A stretch of DNA of 64,000 nt from NCBI GenBank assembly GCA_040756235.1, contig JBFLZG010000084.1:32001-96000 (forward strand), given 5' to 3'. The stretch is from a bacterium (GTDB lineage: Bacteria > Desulfobacterota > DSWW01). Position 1 is the stretch's first letter; every line of letters begins with the position of its first letter. The notes under the pieces are model-generated. The model was not told where the DNA came from and made no database searches. It saw only the letters and a list, made by a program, of their open reading frames with translations. Made by a program: the position numbers and the translations under genes. Positions 19,501 through 28,418 of this stretch are shown here, one piece after another.

Positions 19501-22500
19501 ATCCGTCCGGGTCCTCTGAGCCGCTCGCATCCAGTACGACCGGGAGCCCCACGGTCCCCGAGTAGGGGCCGCCTGCCCGGGCGACCGGGACCATCGGCAC
19601 GACTTCCACGGAGGTCGTGTCCGTGGCCGTCAGCCCGCCCCTGTCGATGATCCTCAGGATGACGGTGCCGCTGTAGGGGGTGACCCACAGGTGCTCGACG
19701 GCCGGCGAGGAGGTCGTCTCGTCGAAGATCCCGTCTCCGTCCCAGTCCCACTCGTAGAGGGAAATGCCGCCCGTCGTCCCTTCGTCGGTGGAACCGCCGG
19801 CGTCGAAGAGGATCGGAAGCCCCACCGCGCCCTCGTAAGGACCGCCCGCCGCCGCGACGGGCGGAAACTCCACGCCCACGATCGAGACGATGCCGTTGGT
19901 CCGGGTCTCCTCGGGCACCGAGGGGAAGTACACGGTTCCGTAGTTGACCACCTCGGTCCCGTCCGGGGCGTCTCCCCGCACGTTGACAGTGAAATCGGCG
20001 TAACCGCCCATGTGCGGTCCCACGGTCCCCACGAACCAGGTGACGGTCCTGGTCTGCGGGTCGTAGATGCCCGGCGGGGCGATCTCGACGCCGGTCGCGA
20101 CGTCCAGGACCGGCCCGAGGCTCAGGGTGGAGTCGTCGAGATCCGAGTCCAGGATGTCGGTGAAGTACACGCCGTAAGCGATCCCTTCTCCCTCGTTCTC
20201 GAACTCCACCCGGTAGCTCAGGGTCTGTCCGGCCGAGATGCTCCCCTCGGGCCCGTATTTCGCATTGGGGTCATGGGCGAGGGCCACGAAGAGACCGTGA
20301 CAGCTCAGGTTGCGCACCTTGTCGGCAGGGAGCGTCCGGAGGTAACGCTTCATCATCTCCTCAACTTCGTGCATCTCAGCCTCGGCCTCCACCAGGCGGC
20401 GCTCCTCGATGAGCGCGCGTATGGTAGCGGTGTACTCGAGGCCTGTCTCTGCGGCGTCCGCGCCTACGGTCCAGCTGGCAGATGCGCTTCTTTCTGCCAG
20501 AGCGCCCCAGGTATCATCCGCAAGATCCAGGCTCATCAGCGCGGAATCGTATTCCCCCTCTTCAGCGCGCTTCAGGGCATACGCAATCAGGAAATCGGCT
20601 TGCGCCTGGTGGGCCTCGATTTCTCCGGCTTGTCTTCCGCCCCAGAATTCCCCCGCCACCTGCTTTCGGTGCTTATTCTCGTGAACCATGACACTGGCCA
20701 AGAACAACTGGTTCTCCTCAGGGGTGCCCAGGGAACCCTGCATCGATGGCGGAATATCCCGGAAGCAGTAGCCATCGAGGTCGTTGTAGCTGGAGTTATG
20801 GACCTCCAGGGCGTTGCCGACATTTGTGCCCACAATGTCATAGCCCGTCCCGCCGCCCAGATACATTTCGCACAGACCCAGCTCATTGAGCACGAACTGG
20901 CCGTTCCAGAGTCCCTGACTCTCCGGGGTGGTGTCCACGTTGAGCCGCCCCTGCTCCCGTAGCTCAAGGAGTTCGAGCGCTTCATTGGGCGAGACCTGTT
21001 CGACCAGGTCGATGGCATCCTGGACGTTTTGGTCCAGGTAATAGTCGTCGCGGACGTCGTAATCCGTATCGTTGCTGGGTGGTGCCCAGGGGATAACAGG
21101 ATCTGCATAGAGCATCATGGCCTCATTCCACCACGGCGTCAGGGCCGTCATCTCGGGGGAGAGGACCGTGTCGATCTCCGGGTTGGCACAACCGATCAGG
21201 GTCTGGTTGTCGAACTGGACGTTCTGGATCAGCCCGCGCGTCATGACGCCCGTCACGCTGACCAGCCCCTGCTCCCCGGGCGCGAGCGTTCCCACGTTCC
21301 ACACCACTTCGTGGCTGTCCGGCAGGTAGACGCCGCCGCCCGTGCTCGTCAGGTACGCCACCTCGACCGGGAGCCTGTCCACCACGAACGCGCCCTGGGC
21401 AGCGATCGCCCCGCGGTTGCAGTACGAGACCATGTAATCGATGTAATCGATCGTGAGCCCGGGGCTGACCCGGTCCGGGCCCCAGGTCGCGACTTCGAGG
21501 TCGGGCATGGGCGCGGTGCCGGCGCCGAGATCGAGCCGCTCCAGGCGCACCACGAGCTTTCTCTGGGGCCCGGTCTCGTCCATCGTGATCGCCGCGATCC
21601 CCAGGAGCGAGCCGGTGAGGAGGCCCTTCATCTCCACGCGGCCCGGCGAGGTCGCCTCGTCCCAGGTCCAGCCCAGCCCGGGTCCCGGGTCGGCCACGTA
21701 GGAAAGGATGGAGAACCCCTGGCCCTGGTAAGGGCTGCTTTCGTCGTCGATCAGCACCTGCGTGAAGGTCACGCCGAGCCGGTTGGTGTAATAAGCGACG
21801 CCTTCTGCCTCGAGGGACGTCTGGAGCAGCCGCAGCCCGGTCGACGGGTATTCGACCTGCGCCGCGTGGCCTGCCGTACCCGTCAGCTCGACCGTGCCGG
21901 AAACCTTCTGACCCGCCACCTCGTGCAGCCTCCAGCTCGCCCGGAACCGGTCGAAGAGCCCGCTTCCGGCGGTCGACTCGCTCAGGGATCCTTCGACCAC
22001 GGCCGAGATGTCGCCGGATACGGTGCCCTTCAGCTCGACCGTTTCGTCGGCTTCGTTCGGGAAGAACATCCCTCGCCAGGTGCCGCTGAACGGGCTCCCG
22101 TCGATGGAGGCCTCCCACGTGCCCGTGGAGAACCCTTTGCCCGCGAACGGCCCTGTCCGGATGCTCACCATCTCCAGATCTGTGAAGCTGATCGTTCCCG
22201 TGAGAGCGCCGGTCAGGGCGGCATCGGCGATGGAGACCGCCCGGCTGGCAAGGGTCTCCTCCGCGTTCGAGCTGCTCGAGAACGTCTCCCGCAGCTGGCC
22301 GGCCGAGAACCCGTTCAGCTTGGCCACAAATCCGTCCTTCACGCCGTTGAAGCCCGTGTCGTAGGCGTCGGCGGTAGCCGGGAAATCCATGGAGAAAGTG
22401 TCTCCGGAGACGTAGAGATTCCCCAGACCGTCGGTCACCAGCGACTTGCCGTAGTCATCGGAGGCGCCGCCCAGAAAGGAGGAGGCGAACAGGGTGCTCA

Positions 22501-24466
22501 GGTCAGCGTCGAACATGGAGATAAAGGCATCCTGGCCGCCGCTCAGGGACGCGTCGAAGGCCCCGGGCGTGGCAGGGAAGTCGGGGGATGCCGTCGAGCC
22601 TGCCACGTAGACGTCGTCCTGGGTGCCCAGGGAGATCGAAACCGCGGCATCGTTTCCTTCACCCCCGAGGAAGGTGGAGGCCAGGAGGGAGCTCAGGCCG
22701 GCGTCCAGCCTCGACACGAACGCCTCTTGCCAACCATTGACGGACGTGTCGTAGGCGCCGGGCGTGGTCGGATAGGTCGGCTCGAGGTCACTCCAGGTAT
22801 CTCCTGCCAGATAGACATCTCCGGCATCGTTCACCGCCATGGAGGAAGGAGAGCCCATTCCGACAAAGGTGGATGCCAGGAGAACGGTCAGATCAGGCGC
22901 CAGCCTCGAGACAAAGGAGGTGCCGCCCACGTAGGACATGTTGTACGCCCCTTCCGTAACAGGGAAATCAGCTCCGCCGTAACTTCTGCCGGCCACGTAG
23001 ACGTTTCCCGAAGCGTCCAGCGTCATGGCTCCGAGGTTTTCCATGCCGCTGCCGCCCAGAAGGGTGGAAGCCACGAGCGAGGTCAGGGCCGCGTCCAGCC
23101 TCGCCACATAGACATCACTGGAGCCGCTGAAGGAGGTGTCAAAGGCCTGGTCGGTGGTGGGGAAATTGGATGAATAGGTATGCCCCGCAACGTAGACATC
23201 CCCCTGGTCACCAATGTCCAGGCGGGGATTCGTTTCCGATTCACCTCCGCCCAGGAAGGTGGATGCCAGAAGGTTGGCGAGATCGGCGTCGAAGACGCAA
23301 ACAAAGGTATCGAAATCGCCGTTCCAGGACGAGTCGTAGGCTCCGGCCGTGGCCGGGAAATTCGGTGATGCGGTGGACCCGGCCACGTAGACGTTCCCAT
23401 CGCCGTCGATGGCCAGGGCCTTCCCTTCGTCATTTCCGTAAATGTCAAAGCTGCCGGATCCGCCGATGTAGGTCGACGCGAGGATTTGCGTCAGGTCGGC
23501 ATTCAGTTTCGTGACGAAGACGTCCTCCTGACTGAAATAGGAGGTGTCGTATGCTCCGGGAGTCGTCGGGAAGTTCGCGGAAGTGGTGGCTCCGGCCACG
23601 TAGACATTCCCGGCTCCGTCGAGGGTCAGGGCCATCGCCCATTCGTTTCCTGCGCCCCCCAGGAAGGTGGAGGCCAGCAGAGGGTCGATGACGAGAGGCC
23701 GGGAGGCGTCGTACGCCGCAACCGTGAAACCATAGGTGTCCTTGTCCAGCACCCGGTACGCTGCCGGCACATACTCCTTCTTGCCATCTCTTTCCTGGTA
23801 GGCGACGGGCCTGGTGAACCGGGCCTTTCCGAGGCCGGTGGCCACCTCGAGCTCTCCCTGGCCGTTCACTTCGAGCCCTAGGGCTCCCTCCAGCTTGAGC
23901 GCGATGGAATCCGCCGCCGCGCCGGGACCCAGGGTGAACACTTTCTCCACGGTCCTGCCGTAGGCCCGCACCACGAGATCGACCCCATCCGAGACCTCGC
24001 CGAGGCTCACGTGCGAGTAAGTGGGGATCTCCTTGCGCCAGGAACCGGGGTCACTGCCGACGTACCAGCTCACCGAGGTGCTGGCTCTCTCGGAGCCCTG
24101 CGGATCGCAAACCTGTGCGCCGACCACGCGTTCCTTGAGAACCCAGCCTCCGGACGACTTCAGTCGGGGTTCCCCGTCGTGGCCCGCAGGCGGTCCTTGT
24201 TCAAGAAGCGGAAGGGCGTAGAGCAGCTCCCCCTGGCGGGTCACTGCGACCGTGCCGCCGAGAACGTCTGCGTAGTACCGGATCTCCTGGTCCTGGATCT
24301 GCCCCTGGTTCTCGATGAACGGGATCCGGAGCTTGCACGTTTTTTCAAGGACCGGCTGCGTGATCGCGTGAGTTGCCGCAGCCCCGTCAGCTACGTCCGC
24401 ACTCGTCCCCCCCGAGAAGATCGCCGCGACCGCCGCCACGACACAAAGCGAGATCCTCTTGCCCAT
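16592..24466 (-). CDS. Giant secreted/surface protein (~2,624 aa): SBBP beta-propeller repeats, DUF11-like domain, HEXXH segment, 6 PKD repeats, Cys/Asp-rich repeats, C-terminal CARDB-like domain
   Basis: Signal peptide MGKRISLCVVAAVAA; FIENQGQ and LVIDP; repeated STFLGG..GNVYVAG..FPTT; AHDPNAK; six A-x-AGGPY...YEWDWD repeats; CNGxDDDCDG repeats; PDL...DADQTVQESNENNN. Confidence 0.9.
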   Translation of the reverse strand: MGKRISLCVVAAVAAIFSGGTSADVADGAAATHAITQPVLEKTCKLRIPFIENQGQIQDQEIRYYADVLGGTVAVTRQGELLYALPLLEQGPPAGHDGEPRLKSSGGWVLKERVVGAQVCDPQGSERASTSVSWYVGSDPGSWRKEIPTYSHVSLGEVSDGVDLVVRAYGRTVEKVFTLGPGAAADSIALKLEGALGLEVNGQGELEVATGLGKARFTRPVAYQERDGKKEYVPAAYRVLDKDTYGFTVAAYDASRPLVIDPLLASTFLGGAGNEWAMALTLDGAGNVYVAGATTSANFPTTPGAYDTSYFSQEDVFVTKLNADLTQILASTYIGGSGSFDIYGNDEGKALAIDGDGNVYVAGSTASPNFPATAGAYDSSWNGDFDTFVCVFDADLANLLASTFLGGGESETNPRLDIGDQGDVYVAGHTYSSNFPTTDQAFDTSFSGSSDVYVARLDAALTSLVASTLLGGSGMENLGAMTLDASGNVYVAGRSYGGADFPVTEGAYNMSYVGGTSFVSRLAPDLTVLLASTFVGMGSPSSMAVNDAGDVYLAGDTWSDLEPTYPTTPGAYDTSVNGWQEAFVSRLDAGLSSLLASTFLGGEGNDAAVSISLGTQDDVYVAGSTASPDFPATPGAFDASLSGGQDAFISMFDADLSTLFASSFLGGASDDYGKSLVTDGLGNLYVSGDTFSMDFPATADAYDTGFNGVKDGFVAKLNGFSAGQLRETFSSSSNAEETLASRAVSIADAALTGALTGTISFTDLEMVSIRTGPFAGKGFSTGTWEASIDGSPFSGTWRGMFFPNEADETVELKGTVSGDISAVVEGSLSESTAGSGLFDRFRASWRLHEVAGQKVSGTVELTGTAGHAAQVEYPSTGLRLLQTSLEAEGVAYYTNRLGVTFTQVLIDDESSPYQGQGFSILSYVADPGPGLGWTWDEATSPGRVEMKGLLTGSLLGIAAITMDETGPQRKLVVRLERLDLGAGTAPMPDLEVATWGPDRVSPGLTIDYIDYMVSYCNRGAIAAQGAFVVDRLPVEVAYLTSTGGGVYLPDSHEVVWNVGTLAPGEQGLVSVTGVMTRGLIQNVQFDNQTLIGCANPEIDTVLSPEMTALTPWWNEAMMLYADPVIPWAPPSNDTDYDVRDDYYLDQNVQDAIDLVEQVSPNEALELLELREQGRLNVDTTPESQGLWNGQFVLNELGLCEMYLGGGTGYDIVGTNVGNALEVHNSSYNDLDGYCFRDIPPSMQGSLGTPEENQLFLASVMVHENKHRKQVAGEFWGGRQAGEIEAHQAQADFLIAYALKRAEEGEYDSALMSLDLADDTWGALAERSASASWTVGADAAETGLEYTATIRALIEERRLVEAEAEMHEVEEMMKRYLRTLPADKVRNLSCHGLFVALAHDPNAKYGPEGSISAGQTLSYRVEFENEGEGIAYGVYFTDILDSDLDDSTLSLGPVLDVATGVEIAPPGIYDPQTRTVTWFVGTVGPHMGGYADFTVNVRGDAPDGTEVVNYGTVYFPSVPEETRTNGIVSIVGVEFPPVAAAGGPYEGAVGLPILFDAGGSTDEGTTGGISLYEWDWDGDGIFDETTSSPAVEHLWVTPYSGTVILRIIDRGGLTATDTTSVEVVPMVPVARAGGPYSGTVGLPVVLDASGSEDPDGSIVRYEWDWNGDGTSDETTFDPVIEHTWVNEYTGLVRLKVVDNDGLTGFGAAYAELVARLPVAEAGGPYAGVIGSPVLFDASGSHDPDGEIVRYEWDWDGDGVFDDQSASPAAQHTWNAEFTGTVTLRVWDDEDQTGTDTAAVDVGFGEPVAEAGGPYQGVAGLPILFDAGGSHDIDGEIVWYEWDWDNDGNYDDAGSSPSIEHTWDNEFSGTVTLRVRDDRDLTGIDTASVFVASGQLVAEAGGPYLGVAALPILFDASASYDPNGQIVWYEWDWDDDGYPDDAGSSPVIEHTWDDAFVGTVTLQVWDDDGNAAIDTASVDVNYGEPVAEAGGPYFGSPGAPVIFDASASHDRNGQIQWYEWDWDNDGYYDDGSEVPFMEHTWDTEFVGAVTLQVWDDEGLNGVDTAEVHVELCAPTGVPESECNGADDDCDGGADEDFVPTPTFCGQGVCAATGQSTCQAGALVDTCEPGEPQAEGPYGAPTCSDGLDNDCDGAADADDSNCEYACTPTGIPETECNGADDDCDGDADEDFVPEPTSCGQGVCASTGQNTCQGGALVDTCEPGEPQAEGPYGAPNCTDGQDNDCDGAADSDDSSCEYVCTPSGIAESVCNGADDDCDDDVDEDFIPTPTSCGQGVCAATGQSTCQAGALVDTCEPGDPTGADDDCNGVDENCNGAADENFTPTPTSCGVGECSSTGVLSCENGLPLNDCMPGIPAEEVCDGRDNNCDGQTDEGVLSTYYLDLDGDGYGDPDPGLTVEACAPPPAYVENATDCNDSEALVNPGAAETCNGIDDNCDAEVDEGFDEDGDGYTSCQGDCADDDPATHPGTAESCDDGEDNDCDGLVDAQDPDCAAARPDLKGSWSKLLYLKIRTPRGWFVLATLKVANIGDADAGAFKIRYYYSPQGSSDRQYLDRTGISRLAKGRTTLDLRIYWFRSDPKDGSLVAVTDADQTVQESNENNNEAKKKIR

Positions 24467-24551
24467 GATGTGCCCCCCCAGCCCCGATCGAGTCCGGGGC
24501 CAGATGTGAAAAGAAATCCCGGTTCTATGCACCCCCATATTGAAGCTAAAT

Positions 24552-24584
24552 AAAAAACCGGGTTGCCCTTACCAGGCAACCCGG
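24552..24584 (-). terminator. Intrinsic terminator forming the riboswitch expression platform
   Basis: Minus strand CCGGGTTGCC-TGGTAAG-GGCAACCCGG-TTTTTT; the left arm is the 3' end of the aptamer. Confidence 0.85.
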
Positions 24585-24646
24585 CCGTCTCCCAGGAGAC
24601 CCGTGGTTTTCCGTGTCCCGATCGCTCGAGACTTGGCTTTATCCGG
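24572..24646 (-). ncRNA. Cyclic di-GMP-I (GEMM) class riboswitch aptamer
   Basis: CCGGAUAAAGCCAA-GUCUCGA-GCGA-UCGGGAC-ACGGAAAACCACGG-GUCUC-CUGG-GAGAC-GGCCGGGUUGCCUGG: P1 CCGG/CUGG, GNRA-capped P2, CGGAAA junction, P3 and GGUUGCC end match the GEMM-I layout. Confidence 0.85.
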
Positions 24647-24672
24647 CGTTCTCTAAGATGCAATATAACTGT

Positions 24673-24702
24673 ATCATACATTTCACAAAATATTTTTGTC
24701 AA
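24673..24702 (-). promoter_or_regulatory. Sigma-70-like promoter for the riboswitch leader and giant protein gene
   Basis: Minus strand TTGACA-N18-TATGAT in an AT-rich patch just upstream of the aptamer. Confidence 0.6.
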
Positions 24703-24864
24703 GCCTTTCCTGTGGCGCCGGGAGATCGATGCCGGCCGTGGCTTTTCCGCACCCCGGTTTGTCACTCCTCCGGCCTTTCGGTTATGCTGCCGCACAGATC
24801 GTCTGAGGCGCGGGGAGTGTGCGAGGAGGCCGAATCACCTTCCACGGGCAGGAGGACCGGAGCC

Positions 24865-26337
24865 ATGAAGCCGTCTTACGACGTCGTCGTGATCGGTACC
24901 GGAATGGGCGGATCGGCCGCCGGGGCGCTCGTGGCCAGGGAAGGATTCAAGGTGCTCTTCCTCGAGAAGAACCCGCAGATCGGGGGCGCCTGCTCGTTCT
25001 ACCGCAAGGAAGGCGTCCACGTGGACATGGGCGCCCACGTCTTCTCAAGAGGGAACCGCGGCCCGATCGGAGATGTGCAGCGCAGGCTCGGGGCGGAAAG
25101 GATGATTTCCTTTCAGAGGTGCGACCCCATGATGCGGTTCAAGGGCCCCGGCTTCGATCTTGCGGGCCGTTTCCAGAGCTACTCGCTGCCGCTGCTGGGG
25201 GCCGCCATGCTGAAGCAGCTCAGGCTGCCGGCGCGCGAAATCCTTCCCATGGCCCGCAGGATGGCCGAGCCCTTGCTCGTCCCCGCGGGCTCGGTCCGCG
25301 ATCTGAACGCAGTCAACGTGGAGGAACGCCTGCTCGCTTCGACCCGGGAACCTGCGCTGGTGCTCCTCACGAGCATCTTCATGGGGCTTGCCTTCGTCAT
25401 TCCGTTGTGGGAAGCCTCCTCCGGAGAGGCCTTGTGGTCTACCAAGAAAGCGTTTTTCGACCGCTCGATGGGCTACCCCATCGGAGGCGCGGTCGCGGTC
25501 CCTCAGGCCTTCATCGAAGCCGCCCGAGGCTTCGGAGCGCAGCTCGAGACCGGCACGCGCGTCAAGGCCATCCGGGTGAGCGGCTGCAGGGTCGAGGGAG
25601 TGGAGACGGACCGGGGAGAGCTTTTTTCCTGCCGGGCAGTCGTGAGCACCACGTCTCTCAAAGACACGGTGCGGCTCGCGGGCAGAGGTTGCTTTCCCGC
25701 ACCCTACCTGCGGCACGTGGATGGAATCAAGGGATCCCTGGGTGCCGTCCAGGCCAAGATCCTGCTGGACCGGCGAATCGTCAAGGAAGGCGTCCTCGTG
25801 GGAGTCCGGGACAGACGTTCGGCTCCGGGCCGGCCCCTCACGGTGGAGGACACCCGCAAACTCTGGCAGGACACTCAGGAAGGCAAGATTCCGGAGCTCA
25901 TGTCATTCTACTGTCCGGTGCCGACGAATTTCGATCCGTCCCTGGCGCCTCCGGGCATGCAGTTGCTCACCCTGACCTCGGCGGCCCCCACGACCGATCG
26001 AAAGGGGGGAGATCCCCAGGACGCCTGGATCGACGCCATGCTGGAGGGCTTTTTCGACATCTACCCGGAAGCCCGCAAACACGTGGTCTGGATCGACCGG
26101 TTCAGTAACCGCTATCTGGAACAGTGGCTCGGAAAGCGCGGCGGGCCGGTGATCTCGACGGGCCAGCAGACCGGCCAGGTCGGTCCCGGAAGGCACCCGA
26201 ACATCACGCCCGTTCAGGGTCTCTTCGCGGCTGGGGACTGTGCCGGAGCCAGGGGGATCGGAACCGAGCTGGCCTGCCAAAGCGGCATCGATTGCGCGGA
26301 GCTGCTCATCCAATCGCTGTGCAATCGGATCGTGTGA
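24865..26337 (+). CDS. FAD/NAD(P)-dependent oxidoreductase, phytoene dehydrogenase-like
   Basis: YDVVVIGTGMGG, LEKNPQIGG, DMGAH, PIGG, TPVQGLFAAGD; GGAGG RBS. Confidence 0.85.
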   Translation: MKPSYDVVVIGTGMGGSAAGALVAREGFKVLFLEKNPQIGGACSFYRKEGVHVDMGAHVFSRGNRGPIGDVQRRLGAERMISFQRCDPMMRFKGPGFDLAGRFQSYSLPLLGAAMLKQLRLPAREILPMARRMAEPLLVPAGSVRDLNAVNVEERLLASTREPALVLLTSIFMGLAFVIPLWEASSGEALWSTKKAFFDRSMGYPIGGAVAVPQAFIEAARGFGAQLETGTRVKAIRVSGCRVEGVETDRGELFSCRAVVSTTSLKDTVRLAGRGCFPAPYLRHVDGIKGSLGAVQAKILLDRRIVKEGVLVGVRDRRSAPGRPLTVEDTRKLWQDTQEGKIPELMSFYCPVPTNFDPSLAPPGMQLLTLTSAAPTTDRKGGDPQDAWIDAMLEGFFDIYPEARKHVVWIDRFSNRYLEQWLGKRGGPVISTGQQTGQVGPGRHPNITPVQGLFAAGDCAGARGIGTELACQSGIDCAELLIQSLCNRIV

Positions 26338-26341
26338 AGAG

Positions 26342-27061
26342 ATGGAGATCTTCCTCATACGACACGGCGAGATGCAGTACGCGAGCGTGGACAGGCTCGA
26401 TCTCGACCGCGTGAACGCCTATGCCAGCGGCGCCCGGCAGGGGCCGCTTTCGGCGAAAGGGGTGGAGCAGGCCGGGAAGGTCGCGAGGTACCTGTCGCGC
26501 CTGAGGATCGGGTCGCTATACAGCTCGGATTTCATCCGCGCCAGGCAGACGGCCGAAGAGGCCTCCAGGGCCTTGGGGAAGCCGGTGGAGGTCCTCAGCC
26601 AGTTTCGTGAGCTCAACGTGGGCCGGCTCACCCCCGAGCTTCACAGGGGCCAGGCTTGGATGCTGCAGGCCCTGCAGCGCATCGAGCGCATCCTGCCTCT
26701 CGGCCTGGGACCGAGTCGCTCCCGCGGCCTGGTCGGCTACCTGCTCATCGTCATGTACTTCCGCTGCTGGTACGGCGGGATGACCGTCGGCGGCGAGCCG
26801 CTGCCAGACGCCGTGGCCCGGGTGCGGGCTGCGCTCAGGATGCTCTCGGATCGGCACAGCGGCCGGGGGGAGAGGGTCGCCGTTTTCACCCACGGCTACT
26901 TCATCCACCTGACCGTCAACCACGTGGTCGATGCGTGGAGGGCCCCGTTGCGGCTCATCCACACACCGTACATCCGAAACGGGTCCGTCACGCACCTCCG
27001 AGGGTCCGGAAACGGCCGCTGGAAGGTGGAGGCTTACGCGCGGACGGACCATCTGTCGTGA
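26342..27061 (+). CDS. Histidine phosphatase (phosphoglycerate mutase-like) family protein
   Basis: IFLIRHGE, YSSDFIRARQTA, FRELNVG, VFTHG. Confidence 0.88.
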   Translation: MEIFLIRHGEMQYASVDRLDLDRVNAYASGARQGPLSAKGVEQAGKVARYLSRLRIGSLYSSDFIRARQTAEEASRALGKPVEVLSQFRELNVGRLTPELHRGQAWMLQALQRIERILPLGLGPSRSRGLVGYLLIVMYFRCWYGGMTVGGEPLPDAVARVRAALRMLSDRHSGRGERVAVFTHGYFIHLTVNHVVDAWRAPLRLIHTPYIRNGSVTHLRGSGNGRWKVEAYARTDHLS

Positions 27062-27165
27062 CCCCTCGGCACCTCCACGCCGGCGCTCCGCCAGGGAATC
27101 TACCTCTGATCGGGCCGCATCCTTTCGTTTAGCAGACCGCTGACAACGCAGCATTTGGGAGCGTC

Positions 27166-27192
27166 GTAGGGCGAAGAATCTCTCGCCCCTAC
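27166..27192. repeat. GTAG-type REP-like hairpin
   Basis: GTAGGGCGAAGAATCTCTCGCCCCTAC, an imperfect palindrome in an intergenic region. Confidence 0.45.
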
Positions 27193-27234
27193 AAGCTGGC
27201 AGCGAAGATGACGAGCAAGCCGGAGGGATCTGTT

Positions 27235-28050
27235 ATGGCACGCCGATCGAGCACTGCGGACCCGGACCTGGAGTTCCTGATCGAGACCGTCTCTCCTGAA
27301 GTCGGGGACAGGCTCAGACTGAAGCAGATCCTCAGGGCCGATGAAGCGTTCAGGAGGGAGTATGCAGGAGACGAGAAGGTTTTCCGGCGGCTGATGGGCG
27401 ACGAGGAGCTGTTCCTCAGGATCTCACCCAGGTTTTTTTTCGAGATCCTGCTGAGGAGGGCCGCGCGTGATCTGCAGTTCGTGGGCTACACGATCGAGCG
27501 CGCGCCCGGCATGACCATCCCGGTCTTCGACACGAGAGAGATCCTGGACCTGCTGGCCAACGAAGGCGTCCTCATGTATTTGGCCGACATGCTCGCCTCC
27601 TTCACCAAGATCGAGAGCTACACGTTCTCGTTCCGCGCCCGCAAGGGCATGTGGCGTAAAATTCGTTTCAACGACTTCGATATCCGCACCCTGATGAGTT
27701 TCTGCGAGGTGGCGCAGGACGCCTATAAGTTCGGCTTGTACAAGCGCATCGCAGACGTGTGCCTCTTCATCCTGGGATTGTTCCCGGACCATGCGGAAGG
27801 CGAGTACCGCTACCCCCGCTCGGGTCAGATTCGGCCGCGAGCGGGCGGAGCGGCGAGAATCAGCCCCGAGGAGTACGAGAACGAGGGCAGGAGGTTCTAC
27901 AAGCTAGCCGCCGAGCACCCCTTGGCCAGGGATCTGGAGATGACCGAAGTGCTCGGAGCGCTTCACGAAAAGTTCAACAAGGCGAAGAAACCCCTGAGCT
28001 TCATGGCCGAGCATTACATGGCTTACCGCAGAGACGTCCTCTTTTCTTGA
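27235..28050 (+). CDS. Hypothetical protein
   Basis: GGAGGG RBS before ATG 27235; protein-like composition; no family recognised. Confidence 0.7.
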   Translation: MARRSSTADPDLEFLIETVSPEVGDRLRLKQILRADEAFRREYAGDEKVFRRLMGDEELFLRISPRFFFEILLRRAARDLQFVGYTIERAPGMTIPVFDTREILDLLANEGVLMYLADMLASFTKIESYTFSFRARKGMWRKIRFNDFDIRTLMSFCEVAQDAYKFGLYKRIADVCLFILGLFPDHAEGEYRYPRSGQIRPRAGGAARISPEEYENEGRRFYKLAAEHPLARDLEMTEVLGALHEKFNKAKKPLSFMAEHYMAYRRDVLFS

Positions 28051-28418
28051 TCTGCTTCTTCTCGCGCCCCGGTGAGGCCAAAGGGGGGCCTGTCTGCATC
28101 CTATAAGTCGGCGACGCGAGAGCCTTTCGACCCTTTGAACCGAGCCCGGCGCGCCCGTCGAAGAGGCCTCGAGTGCGGTCATCGGCGGGCCTCCCGGGAA
28201 AGTCGTTCTTCCGGAGCGAGGCGTGCCCTCTGCTCCCGGCAAGAACCTGCACGAAAAGGAACCTTCCCACTCTCGGCGGCGCGCCAACTTGCGATGTGGA
28301 ATAATGAATTTTTATTCCTGCGGCGCAGTTGTCGAGGGCTTGCCAAGAAGGCCGGTCCGAAAGATAATGGCACCCGGGTGAACTTCGTGGTCAACCTCCA
28401 AGAAAAGGAGCCGAAGCG

